Source: Endomicrobiia bacterium (lineage in GTDB: Bacteria; Elusimicrobiota; Endomicrobiia; DTEH01). From it: 64,000 nucleotides of DNA. Made by a program: the position numbers and the translations under genes. The notes beneath the pieces were generated by a model, which was given only the letters and a program-made list of their open reading frames with translations, was not told the origin of the DNA and searched no databases. Below are positions 9,305-19,140 of the stretch, one piece after another (the first letter of the stretch is position 1; each line of letters begins with the position of its first letter). The stretch is taken from positions 162,679 to 226,678 of the forward strand of contig JBCNUU010000003.1 in NCBI GenBank assembly GCA_039630545.1. The letters run 5' to 3'.

Positions 9305-11113
9305 ATGATAAAACCAGAAAGTATAAAGAAATTAAAAGAAAGTATTGAGATATTAGAAGTAGTAAGTAGATATTTACCTAATTTGAAACGTAGTGGTAAA
9401 AATTACTTTGCTTTATGTCCTTTTCATAGTGAAAGAACACCCTCATTTTCTATTGCGCCAGACAAAAATTTAATTCATTGTTTTGGATGCGGTTATACAG
9501 CAGATATAATAAAGTTTGTTCAAGATATGGAGCATATTAACTATTACCAGGCAGTAGAGAGAATAGCCTCTTATATAAATTTTAAGTTAGAATATGCAGA
9601 TACCGAAGAGTATAAGAAATTTGAAGAGAAACAAAAAGAGATCAATGTTATTACAGAACTGCTAACAGATGTTTGTGATGTTTATCATGATCTTCTTTTA
9701 AATTCAGATTTAGGGTTATTTGCCAGAAACTACTTGGTAGCTAGAGGGATAAAACTGGACACTATTAAAGAATTCAAAATTGGTTTTGCACCGGATGGGA
9801 ACTATATTTCTAAAAATTTTGATAAAATTCATAAGTTTAGACAAAAAGGATACGATTTGTCAACTTTTTATAAAGCAGGAATAATAAATTTTAAACAAGA
9901 CCAACAAAATCCGTTAGGAAAATATGATCATCCTTATGATTATTTTAGAAATAGGATAATTTTCCCTATATTTAATTTCAATGGAAAAGTTATAGGTTTC
10001 GGAGGTAGGATTCTTCCAGAAGGTTTAACTGATAAAGATATACCTGTGTATTTAAATTCTCCTGAAACAGTAGTGTTTAATAAAAGAAAATCTCTTTATG
10101 GGTTGTATCAAGCAAGAGAGTATATAAAGAAAGAAAGAAGTGTATATTTGGTAGAGGGATATATGGATGTGTTGTTGCTATTTCAAGAGGGAATAAAACC
10201 AGTGGTAGCTCCTTTAGGAACCGCTTTAACAGAGGAACAAGTGATGCTCCTTAAGAGATTTCCATTGAAAACAATATATTTGATGTTTGATCCTGACGAA
10301 GCCGGAGTTGAGGCTACATTTTCAGCAGCAAAAACGATTTTTAGTGCAGGTGAGTATCCCTATGTTGTAGCTTTAGATGAGAAAATAGATCCTGATGAAT
10401 ATATTTTGAAATATGGAAAAGAAAAGATAGAATTTTTAATTCAAAATTCTGTTTCAGTTATTAAGTTTATTGCTGATAAATACAAGGTAGCTAAAACATT
10501 CTCTGTATCCGATAAAGTTTCTTTACTGAAAAAGTTTACAGAGCTTATAAATGTAATTTCTGATCCTGTAGTTAAATCAGAAGTAATCAAGGAAGTTTCT
10601 AATGAGCTTAAAATTGATGAAAATGTTGTTCGTTCTTATCAAAAAAAACATTTTCAAAAAAAAGATGAAGTGATTTCATTTGAACAATTGATTAATAATC
10701 GTCCCTACAGTTGTGAAGAAGAACTTTTAAGAATATGTGTACATTATCCAGAGTTTATAAATAAAATCGATGAAGAGATTTTTTCTCATAATGAGAAGTA
10801 TCTAGATATATTTAAAAAATTAAAGTCCATATATTTAGTTTCAAATGACATAAATGAGATTTTATCACACTTAGATGAATCTGGCAAAAATTTAATTTTA
10901 AGAATTGCATTTGATGAAAAACCGGATAGTAGTTGTCTTGAAGAAAAATATGAGATTTTATGTTCAGAAATATTAAAGGTGAAATATAAAAACAAATATG
11001 AAACATTAAAGTCAATTGTAAAAGAAATGTTAGACGGAAAACAGAGTTTTAATCTTCATGTTTTTAATGAATTTAAGCAAGTTATAGAAATTTTAAAAGT
11101 TCAAAATAAATAA
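9305..11113 (+). CDS. dnaG: DNA primase
   Basis: Zn finger CPFHSERTPSF..CFGC, FRNRIIFPI, YLNSPET, TOPRIM EGYMD and FDPDEAG; TTG 9296 alternative start. Confidence 0.96.
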   Translation: MIKPESIKKLKESIEILEVVSRYLPNLKRSGKNYFALCPFHSERTPSFSIAPDKNLIHCFGCGYTADIIKFVQDMEHINYYQAVERIASYINFKLEYADTEEYKKFEEKQKEINVITELLTDVCDVYHDLLLNSDLGLFARNYLVARGIKLDTIKEFKIGFAPDGNYISKNFDKIHKFRQKGYDLSTFYKAGIINFKQDQQNPLGKYDHPYDYFRNRIIFPIFNFNGKVIGFGGRILPEGLTDKDIPVYLNSPETVVFNKRKSLYGLYQAREYIKKERSVYLVEGYMDVLLLFQEGIKPVVAPLGTALTEEQVMLLKRFPLKTIYLMFDPDEAGVEATFSAAKTIFSAGEYPYVVALDEKIDPDEYILKYGKEKIEFLIQNSVSVIKFIADKYKVAKTFSVSDKVSLLKKFTELINVISDPVVKSEVIKEVSNELKIDENVVRSYQKKHFQKKDEVISFEQLINNRPYSCEEELLRICVHYPEFINKIDEEIFSHNEKYLDIFKKLKSIYLVSNDINEILSHLDESGKNLILRIAFDEKPDSSCLEEKYEILCSEILKVKYKNKYETLKSIVKEMLDGKQSFNLHVFNEFKQVIEILKVQNK

Positions 11114-11119
11114 AAAACT

Positions 11120-12838
11120 ATGAATGAAAAAGATAAAATAATAAAAAGATTAGTAGAACAAGCTAAAAAGTATGGTTATTTAACCTATGATGAGATAAAT
11201 AAAACATTTGATGAGTACGAAATAGAAATTGACAAAGAAGAGATGGATGACTTTGTTGAGATGTTAAATGGAATTGGTGTAAAGATTATAGATGTTAAAA
11301 AGTCAAAAAAATTATTTAGAGATGTATATTTTACTCAAGAGGATTTAAGCGAAGAAGAGACAATAAAATTATTTATAAATGAAGTAAGTAAAATAGAACC
11401 AATTGATAGGAAAAAAGAGATAGAAATTGCTAAAAGCATAAGAGCAAAAGAGATGGAGTTACTTATGTTGGTTTTGAGTTCTACTATAGCTTTGCGAGAA
11501 ATAAACAACTGGGTTTTATTAGTAAAAAAGAACGAAATGTCACTTAAAGATCTTATGAAAAGAGGTAGAAAATCAAAGTCAGCTCTGCGTAAAATGAGGA
11601 AAAAGTTGATTTCTTCAATAAGAGCTGTAAACAAAATTGCTGAAAAAATTTTGATGCTTCGGAAAAAATTAAATTCAGAGAAAAAAAATTCTTTAGCGTT
11701 GAAATACAACAAACAGATAGAAAAACTGAAAACAAAAATAGCTAATAAAATAATCTCTTTAGAATTAAACAGTGAAAGAATAAAACGTCTAATTAAAAGA
11801 ACGAAAAATATAACAGAAAAGGTTATTCAACTAATAGAAGAAATAAAAAGATATCAAAAAATGTTTCCTATTAGCTTAAAAAATGTAATAAGCTTACACA
11901 GAAAGTACAAATTACATAAAGTCTCTTCTAAAGAATTTGAAAGAATAGTAGGATATACTCCACAAGCAACAGAAACAATTTTAGAAAATTATCATAAAGT
12001 TTATTATAAACTTCAACATTATAAAAAAGAAATAAATATGTCAGAAGAAGAGATAATTCAGTTAGATTTACAAATCAACCAGTTAAATCAGTCTATAGAA
12101 GAAGAAAAAATGAAACTGATTCAAGCAAATTTAAGCTTAGTTACTACTTTTGCTAAGAAATTTGCTATGTTGACTGGTGCTGATGTAAATGATTTAGTTC
12201 AGGAAGGAGCAACAGGACTTGCAAAAGCAGCTGAAAAATTTGAATGGAAAAAAGGTTATAAGTTCTCCACTTATGCTCATTGGTGGATAAGACAGGCGAT
12301 AAGTAGATATATGGCTGATTATACCAAGACGATAAGGTTGCCTGTTCATATAAGAGAACTTGTTTCAAAAATGATAAAAGTTCATAAAAAAATACAAAAT
12401 AAATTCTCTTTGGAGCCTTTTGTTTCAATTGAAGAATACGCTCGTGTGCTTAAAGTTCCGCCTAAAAAAATAATTGATACTTTAACAGTGCTTATTGAGC
12501 CAATTTCTTCGCATGCTCCTAAAGGACAAAATGAAGATGCTACCATACAGGATTTTATTCCTTCTTTAGACAATGAAATACCGTTTAATTATCTTTTACA
12601 AAATTATAAACGAGAAATTTTAGAAAAAGCTATGGATAAATTTTTAGATGAAAGAGAAAAAGCCATATTAAAGTTAAGATATGGTTTTAATGGTAAAGAA
12701 TATACATTAGAAGAAGTTGGAAAAATGTTTAATATCACAAGAGAACGTGTAAGACAAATAGAAGCTAAAGCCATAAGAAAACTTCGTTCACCAGAAGCTT
12801 TAGAAATGTTGAAAGAGATTTATCCAGTGAGAGATTAA
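11120..12838 (+). CDS. rpoD: RNA polymerase primary sigma factor (divergent RpoD)
   Basis: Region 1.1 GYLTYDEIN, long NCR, DLVQEG, KFSTYAHWWIRQAI, region 4 TLEEVG..FNITRERVRQIE; follows dnaG. Confidence 0.88.
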   Translation: MNEKDKIIKRLVEQAKKYGYLTYDEINKTFDEYEIEIDKEEMDDFVEMLNGIGVKIIDVKKSKKLFRDVYFTQEDLSEEETIKLFINEVSKIEPIDRKKEIEIAKSIRAKEMELLMLVLSSTIALREINNWVLLVKKNEMSLKDLMKRGRKSKSALRKMRKKLISSIRAVNKIAEKILMLRKKLNSEKKNSLALKYNKQIEKLKTKIANKIISLELNSERIKRLIKRTKNITEKVIQLIEEIKRYQKMFPISLKNVISLHRKYKLHKVSSKEFERIVGYTPQATETILENYHKVYYKLQHYKKEINMSEEEIIQLDLQINQLNQSIEEEKMKLIQANLSLVTTFAKKFAMLTGADVNDLVQEGATGLAKAAEKFEWKKGYKFSTYAHWWIRQAISRYMADYTKTIRLPVHIRELVSKMIKVHKKIQNKFSLEPFVSIEEYARVLKVPPKKIIDTLTVLIEPISSHAPKGQNEDATIQDFIPSLDNEIPFNYLLQNYKREILEKAMDKFLDEREKAILKLRYGFNGKEYTLEEVGKMFNITRERVRQIEAKAIRKLRSPEALEMLKEIYPVRD

Positions 12839-12875
12839 AATTAAATGTTGAATAAATAAATTTATTTTTATATTA

Positions 12876-12917
12876 AAATAAAAATATTTAAATTCTAAAT
12901 AAAAATATTTAAATTCT
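12876..12917. repeat. Perfect tandem 21-bp duplication AAATAAAAATATTTAAATTCT x2
   Basis: Copies at 12876-12896 and 12897-12917, read directly. Confidence 0.9.
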
Positions 12918-12935
12918 TGAAAAAAGGAGAAATAA

Positions 12936-13316
12936 ATGAGAGTAAAAACAGGAGCATATACTAGAAGAAGAAAAAAAGATTATTTTAAACTGGCAAAAGG
13001 ATACTATGCAAAACTTGGTAGTGCTTACAGACAGGTAAAACAGCAGGTTATTCGTTCTTTAAAGTTTCAGTATGTTCACAGGAAAGACAGGAAAGGAGTA
13101 TTTAGAAGACTATGGATTACAAGAATAAATGCTGCTGTTAGACAGTTGGGTTTAAAGTATAGTGAGTTTATAAATTTACTTAAAAAAGCCAACATTATTT
13201 TAGACAGAAAAGTTCTTGCTTATTTTGCTGCAGAAGAACCAGAAACTTTTAGATATATTGTTGAGTTTGTAAAAAATTTTTCTAATAAAAATTCAACCCA
13301 AAAAGTCCCATCGTGA
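12936..13316 (+). CDS. rplT: 50S ribosomal protein L20
   Basis: [38 protein letters not shown]. Confidence 0.97.
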   Translation: MRVKTGAYTRRRKKDYFKLAKGYYAKLGSAYRQVKQQVIRSLKFQYVHRKDRKGVFRRLWITRINAAVRQLGLKYSEFINLLKKANIILDRKVLAYFAAEEPETFRYIVEFVKNFSNKNSTQKVPS

Positions 13317-13352
13317 GATAGTTTTCAGGAACTTTTCATGTAATGATTAATT

Positions 13353-14675
13353 ATGAACTCATATTCTTATAAATTTATTATATTATTTTTTGCGATTGTT
13401 ATTTTTTTAGGAACGATTTTGTTATCTTTGCCTATGATGTATAAAAATAAAATTTCTTTCATAGATATATTATTTACAGCTACATCCGCAGTATGTGTTA
13501 CTGGATTGTCAGTTGTTAACATATCTGAAAAGTTTAGTTTTTTAGGGCAATTTGTGATATTGATGTTAATACAGATAGGTGGATTAGGATATATGGTTCT
13601 GGGAAGTTTAGCGATGGTTTTGTTTGGAAAATTAACTATTGCTCAAAAAAATATAATTAGTGAATCTCTTAATATAACAGAGTTTAGAACAATTTCTCAA
13701 ATCACAAAATTAATGAAGAAGGTGGTAATTTTAACAGTTATTTTCGAACTAATAGGTTGTGTGATTTTATTCATAAAATTTTATCTATTAGATAAATTCT
13801 CGTTTTTTAAGGGGATATGGTTTGCTTTATTTCATTCGGTAAGTGCATTTTGTAATGCAGGTTTTAGTTTATTTTCTAATAGTTTTGAAAATTATAAGGG
13901 AGATTTTATTATAAACACAATTATTCCATTTTTGATTATTTCTGGAGGTTTGGGTTTTTTTGTATGGGTTGATATATTAGACAAATTGCGTAAAAAAAAG
14001 AGAGAGAGTTTATTTCTTCATACAAAAATTGTTTTAATTTCTACATTTACTCTTTTGTTATCTGGTTTTATTTTAATTTTTTTATTAAATAATTATATTT
14101 ATACTATAAACAATTTTCTTTTAAAGGAAAAAATTTTTGTAAGTTTTTTCCATTCTGTAACTACAAGAACAGCAGGATTCAATACATTTTCTGTTAGTCA
14201 ATTTTCGACCCTTACAATTATTATATTTATAATTTTTATGTTTATAGGAGCATCTCCAGGAGGAACAGGTGGTGGAATAAAAACTACGACTTTTTTTGTT
14301 ATAGTAAAAAGCATATATGACTACATAAGAGGAGAAAAATATGTAAGCTGTTTTAAAAGAACTATAGAAATATCAAATGTTTTAAAAAGTTTTGTGATTT
14401 TCTGCGTATGTTTATTTTGGGTTATTTTTATTTCTTTTTTAATGTATTTAACTAGTGATTTTTCCTATAAAGAAGTAATCTTTGAGACAGTTTCTGCTTT
14501 TGGAACTGTAGGGTTATCTTTAGGTATTACCCCACAACTTGATAATTATAGTAAAATTTTATTAATAATAACTATGTTATTTGGAAGGGTTGGGAGTCTT
14601 GCTTTTTTTTCTATATTGTTTACGAAAGAGCCAAAAGAAATAAGATATTTAGAAGAGCCAATTTCTGTAGGGTAA
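13353..14675 (+). CDS. ktrB: Ktr/Trk potassium uptake membrane subunit
   Basis: Pore loops SAVCVTGL, SAFCNAGF, RTAGF, SAFGTVGLS; SPGGTGGGIKTT. Confidence 0.92.
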   Translation: MNSYSYKFIILFFAIVIFLGTILLSLPMMYKNKISFIDILFTATSAVCVTGLSVVNISEKFSFLGQFVILMLIQIGGLGYMVLGSLAMVLFGKLTIAQKNIISESLNITEFRTISQITKLMKKVVILTVIFELIGCVILFIKFYLLDKFSFFKGIWFALFHSVSAFCNAGFSLFSNSFENYKGDFIINTIIPFLIISGGLGFFVWVDILDKLRKKKRESLFLHTKIVLISTFTLLLSGFILIFLLNNYIYTINNFLLKEKIFVSFFHSVTTRTAGFNTFSVSQFSTLTIIIFIIFMFIGASPGGTGGGIKTTTFFVIVKSIYDYIRGEKYVSCFKRTIEISNVLKSFVIFCVCLFWVIFISFLMYLTSDFSYKEVIFETVSAFGTVGLSLGITPQLDNYSKILLIITMLFGRVGSLAFFSILFTKEPKEIRYLEEPISVG

Positions 14676-14681
14676 ATATTT

Positions 14682-15389
14682 ATGGCAAACCATAAACCAA
14701 AAACATTTGTAGTAATAGGATTGGGTGTATTTGGAAGCTATGTGGTTAAATATTTATCCAAATATGGTGCAGAAATAATAGGGATAGATAAAGATGAAAA
14801 AAAAGTTGAAGAACTTAAGGAATATTTAAAGGTTCCAATTGTAGGTGACGCCACAGAAATAAAACAACTTGAAGATGCTGGTGTTTCACCTAAAGATGTG
14901 GATGTAGTTATAGTTGCTGTAGGTGAAAGTGTAGAGGAGAATTTATATATAACTCTGCTACTTAAAGAACTTGATATTAAAAAAATAGTAGCAAGAGCAT
15001 TAAATACTCAACATGCCAAGATACTTGCTAAGATAGGAGTTGACAAAATTGTATTTCCGGAATCAATGGCTGCTGAGAATTTAATAAACAGTTTACTTTC
15101 ACCATCTATTCTGGAACATTTTAGCTTATCAGATGAATACAGTATTGTGGAGGTTATTGCTAGAAAAGAATTTTTTAACAAAACCCTTCAAGAGACAGGT
15201 TTAAGGAATAAATATAAAGTTACTGTTTTGGGGATAAGAAGGAAGTCCACAATAATAAACGAATCAGGTGAAACAGATTTTAAAGATGACATTTTATTCT
15301 TGCCAGGGCCAGAAGAAAAAATTCTTCAAGGAGATGTTTTGATAATTATTGGCAAAAACACAGATATTGAGAAGTTTAAAAAAGAATGA
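14682..15389 (+). CDS. ktrA: Ktr/Trk potassium uptake RCK regulatory subunit
   Basis: VIGLGVFG nucleotide-binding motif, GDAT, RCK_C domain; adjacent to ktrB. Confidence 0.92.
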   Translation: MANHKPKTFVVIGLGVFGSYVVKYLSKYGAEIIGIDKDEKKVEELKEYLKVPIVGDATEIKQLEDAGVSPKDVDVVIVAVGESVEENLYITLLLKELDIKKIVARALNTQHAKILAKIGVDKIVFPESMAAENLINSLLSPSILEHFSLSDEYSIVEVIARKEFFNKTLQETGLRNKYKVTVLGIRRKSTIINESGETDFKDDILFLPGPEEKILQGDVLIIIGKNTDIEKFKKE

Positions 15390-15664
15390 AAGAAAAACTT
15401 AAAGAAGAACTTTTTGAAACAGGAAAATTCTATCTTATCAACAATAGATATGATGAAGCATTAAAAATTTTTGAACAACTTTACAAAGAGAATAAAAATG
15501 ATCCAGAAATCTTATATCACATAGGATTAGTAAAAGAAGCACAAAATGAAATAGAAGAAGCAAAAGATATATTTCTTAAAGTATTAGAATTACAACCGAA
15601 ACATAAGCTGGCTAAAAAACACTTAGATAAACTTCTTGGCATAAATGATGAAGAATCTGAATGA
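15386..15664 (+). CDS. Small tetratricopeptide-repeat protein
   Basis: YDEALKIFE, PEILYHIGLV...EEAKDIFLKVLELQP; overlaps ktrA stop and pheS start. Confidence 0.8.
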   Translation: MKEKLKEELFETGKFYLINNRYDEALKIFEQLYKENKNDPEILYHIGLVKEAQNEIEEAKDIFLKVLELQPKHKLAKKHLDKLLGINDEESE

Positions 15665-16694
15665 AGAATATATTGAAAAGTTAACACAACAATGTTTAGA
15701 GGAAATAAACAATGCTACATCTTTACAACAGCTTGAATCTATAAGAGTAAAATATATTGGCCGCAAAGGCGAATTAAGAAAATTTTTTGAGGAACTTCAT
15801 AACTTAGATTTAGAAAAAAAAAGACAAATTGGTTCTCTTCTTAACACATCTATAAGACATATTGAAGAAGAACTTAAAAGTAAAATTACAAAGTTTAAGT
15901 CTTCTTTAACAGATTCTTTTAAAGGTGAGTTTGCTAATCTGGAGATTACATTACCTGGTGTTAAGTTTTCATTGGGGTGTCTTCATCCATTAAATAAAAT
16001 ATACAAAGAAATTATTCAAATATTTTTAAACTTAGGGTTTAACATAGAAGAAGGCCCAGAAGTTGAGAAGGAAGAATATAATTTTACGCTATTAAATATT
16101 CCTGCAGATCATCCCGCAAGGGATATGCAGGATACTTTATACCTATTAGATGAGTTTGAAGAAAAACTTTTACTTAGAACTCATACATCTCCTGTTCAAA
16201 TAAGGGTAATGCTTTCTAAAAAACCTCCTATAAAGTCGATAATGCCAGGAAGAGTTTATCGGCATGAAAACCTGGATGCTTCACATCTTTTTAACTTTCA
16301 TCAAGTAGAAGGTCTTATGGTGGATAAGGGAGTAAAACTTTCTGATCTCAAAGGTGTGTTAACTTTTTTTGCTAAGAAAATTTTTGGAGAAAATATTCAA
16401 AGTAGATTTAGACAGTCATACTTTCCATTTACAGAACCATCACTTGAAATGGATATTCAGTGTCTTGTTTGTAGAGGTGAGGGCTGCAGTGTATGTAAAA
16501 ATAGTGGGTTTGTAGAAATTTTAGGATGTGGAATGGTTCATCCAAAGGTTTTGGAAAATGTAGGAATAGATTACACCAAATACACAGGTTTTGCTTTCGG
16601 TTTAGGAGTTGAAAGAATAGCTATGCTTAAATACAAAATAGACGATATAAGACTGTTTTATGAGAATGACTTAAGATTTATAAGACAATTTTAA
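15645..16694 (+). CDS. pheS: Phenylalanine--tRNA ligase alpha subunit
   Basis: HPARDMQDT, LLRTHTSPVQIR, FHQVEG, YFPFTEPS, GFAFGLGVERIAM. Confidence 0.98.
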   Translation: MMKNLNEEYIEKLTQQCLEEINNATSLQQLESIRVKYIGRKGELRKFFEELHNLDLEKKRQIGSLLNTSIRHIEEELKSKITKFKSSLTDSFKGEFANLEITLPGVKFSLGCLHPLNKIYKEIIQIFLNLGFNIEEGPEVEKEEYNFTLLNIPADHPARDMQDTLYLLDEFEEKLLLRTHTSPVQIRVMLSKKPPIKSIMPGRVYRHENLDASHLFNFHQVEGLMVDKGVKLSDLKGVLTFFAKKIFGENIQSRFRQSYFPFTEPSLEMDIQCLVCRGEGCSVCKNSGFVEILGCGMVHPKVLENVGIDYTKYTGFAFGLGVERIAMLKYKIDDIRLFYENDLRFIRQF

Positions 16695-16700
16695 GACTCT

Positions 16701-19136
16701 ATGAAACTCTCATTAAATTGGCTTAAAGAGTTAATTGGTAGACAAAACAATATTACTGATCAAGACATAATAGATGCTCTTCCGCAGCTTGGATATGAAG
16801 TTGAAGGTATTTACAAATTTGATAAAGAAGTCCTTTCCAATATAAAAGTAGTTAAAATTCTCAAAGTAGAAAAACATCCCAACGCTGATAAGCTTTCTTT
16901 GTGTGAAGTCACAGATGGAAAAAACATATACAAAGTAGTATGTGGAGCACCAAATGTAACTCAAAATATGATAGCAGCATATGTACCTGCAGGCGGAATT
17001 ATTGGGGGCGGAGTTGTTGTAAAAAACAAAGAGATTCGTGGAGTAGTTTCTGAGGGTATGCTTTGTTCTGCTAAAGAGTTAAAATTATACGAGGATCATA
17101 GTGGTATTTTAAGTTTAGATGAGAGTTTTCCTTTAGGAGAAACACTAGATAAACATTTAGATGATACAGTAATAGAAATCTCTACTCCTGCAAACAGGTA
17201 TGACTGTCTTGGACATGCAGGAATTGCAAAAGAATTAAAAATAAAATTTAATTTAGAAGTTACAGAACACATAAATCCACTTTCATATCTTGAAAATAAA
17301 AAACTTCCATTTTTTAATGTTAAAATTTCTTCTTATGATTTATGTAAAAGATACATAGCCATTAATATGACTTCAATAAATAATAAAGTTAAACTTCCTT
17401 TTTTTATTAGATTTAGACTAAATATCTTGGGGTTAAGAAGCATAAATCCTTTGGTTGATATCTCAAATTATGTGATGCTTGAGGTGGGTCACTCCATTCA
17501 TATATTTGATGCAAACAAACTTTACGGTGACAAAATTATAATAAGAAATGCTAAAGAGAAAGAAAAGGTTATAGCACTAGATGGTAAAACATATGAGCTT
17601 TCAAGTGATTGTATTGTTATTTCAGACGAGCAGAAACCAATAGCTATCGGTGGAATAATAGGTGCGGAGAATAGTTGCGTAGAGGATGAGACAACAAACA
17701 TAGTAATTGAGTCAGCAGTTTTTAACCAGAGTAAGATACGACTTGCAAGAAAAAATCTTAATATAAACACAGAAGCAAGTTACAGGTTTGAAAGAGGAAG
17801 TAGTTTTTTTTTATGTGAATTAGCAGCAGCAAAAGCATATCAGATGATAGAGAAATACTGTGGGGGTGAAGTTGTAAAATTTGTTGATGAAAAAGATATG
17901 GATTATTATAATGAAATAGTTTCTTTTAATACAAATGGGATAAAAGTAGAGCTAGATTTTTTAGAGTCACTTTTAGGTATAACAGTCGACCCACAAAAAT
18001 TTATAAATATAGTTCAAAATCTTGGAGGAAAAATAAAATTTAATGGAGAAAATATCTTGACCACACGCAGTTTTATAGTAGTTCCTCCGCTTACTCGTCA
18101 GGATATTAAATTTCCAGCTGATATAGCAGAAGAAATAATGAGATTTATTGGTTATGACAAAATACCAGAAACCTTGCCCCATAATATTTTTGAGATCAAA
18201 AACAACGCGGATGTATTAAAAGAAAAAATTGTTACAATTTTAAGTTCAACATCTTTAAATGAAGTGATAAATTATAGTTTGTGTTCTGCTAAGGATAACG
18301 AAGTTGTGCGCAATAATGAAAATTTGAAAATAAAACTTCTTAATCCTGTCTCAAATGACTACTCGGAATTAAGGTTGTCTTTGTTAAGTGGACTTATAAG
18401 AAATTTATTAGTAAATTATAACAATCAAGTGGACACAGAGATAGGGTTATTTGAAATTGGTAAAGTTTTTTATAAAGCCGATAAAAAAACAGTTGAAGAA
18501 GAAAAAGTTGGTATTCTTATTTATGGAAAAAAAGAAATTTTATCATGGAAAAAAATAGTCTTAGAATATGATTTTTATTATGCCATTGGTATTATAGAAA
18601 AACTGTTTGAAAAATTAAACATTAATTATACTAAAAATTTATCGTATAAAAGCTCTAAAGAGTATTTATTACTTAATGAAGAATTTTTAAGTAAAATACT
18701 TTATTTTTTAAACTCTGAAGAAGAAATTATAGGATTTGTTTCAGAACTAAATAAAGAAAAATTTAAATTAAAACTTCCGGGTAGTGTGTTTTATTGTGAA
18801 GTAAGTTTAAATAATTTAAGAAAATCCTTTAAAAAGGATGAGATATTTGATCCTATAGTAAAATTTCCTTGTGTCTTCAGGGATTTATGTATTGTGGTAA
18901 ACAGAGACATATCTTACCAACAGATAATTAAGACGATGTATTCTTGTATAAATAAAGATATTATTTTAGATGTCACTCTTATTGATTACTACCAGAAAGA
19001 AAACTTCTTATCTTTAACCTTTTCTTTAAAATTTCAAAACAAAACTAAAACCTTGACAGATGAGGAAGTGGATTTAATAATTAAAGAAATGCTGGAGAAA
19101 TTAAGCAAATATGACATAAAACTAAGAGAAAAATAA
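16701..19136 (+). CDS. pheT: Phenylalanine--tRNA ligase beta subunit
   Basis: HPNADKL, VVCGAPN, SEGMLCS, NRYD, ASYRFERG, DIAEEIMR, C-terminal FDX-ACB domain. Confidence 0.96.
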   Translation: MKLSLNWLKELIGRQNNITDQDIIDALPQLGYEVEGIYKFDKEVLSNIKVVKILKVEKHPNADKLSLCEVTDGKNIYKVVCGAPNVTQNMIAAYVPAGGIIGGGVVVKNKEIRGVVSEGMLCSAKELKLYEDHSGILSLDESFPLGETLDKHLDDTVIEISTPANRYDCLGHAGIAKELKIKFNLEVTEHINPLSYLENKKLPFFNVKISSYDLCKRYIAINMTSINNKVKLPFFIRFRLNILGLRSINPLVDISNYVMLEVGHSIHIFDANKLYGDKIIIRNAKEKEKVIALDGKTYELSSDCIVISDEQKPIAIGGIIGAENSCVEDETTNIVIESAVFNQSKIRLARKNLNINTEASYRFERGSSFFLCELAAAKAYQMIEKYCGGEVVKFVDEKDMDYYNEIVSFNTNGIKVELDFLESLLGITVDPQKFINIVQNLGGKIKFNGENILTTRSFIVVPPLTRQDIKFPADIAEEIMRFIGYDKIPETLPHNIFEIKNNADVLKEKIVTILSSTSLNEVINYSLCSAKDNEVVRNNENLKIKLLNPVSNDYSELRLSLLSGLIRNLLVNYNNQVDTEIGLFEIGKVFYKADKKTVEEEKVGILIYGKKEILSWKKIVLEYDFYYAIGIIEKLFEKLNINYTKNLSYKSSKEYLLLNEEFLSKILYFLNSEEEIIGFVSELNKEKFKLKLPGSVFYCEVSLNNLRKSFKKDEIFDPIVKFPCVFRDLCIVVNRDISYQQIIKTMYSCINKDIILDVTLIDYYQKENFLSLTFSLKFQNKTKTLTDEEVDLIIKEMLEKLSKYDIKLREK

Positions 19137-19140
19137 CTTT

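Noticed and set aside
12839..12935. CRISPR array at the 21-bp repeat
   Set aside because: Only two abutting copies with no spacer
13317..13352. c-di-AMP (ydaO) riboswitch upstream of ktrB
   Set aside because: Only 36 nt of intergenic space, too short and with no matching motif
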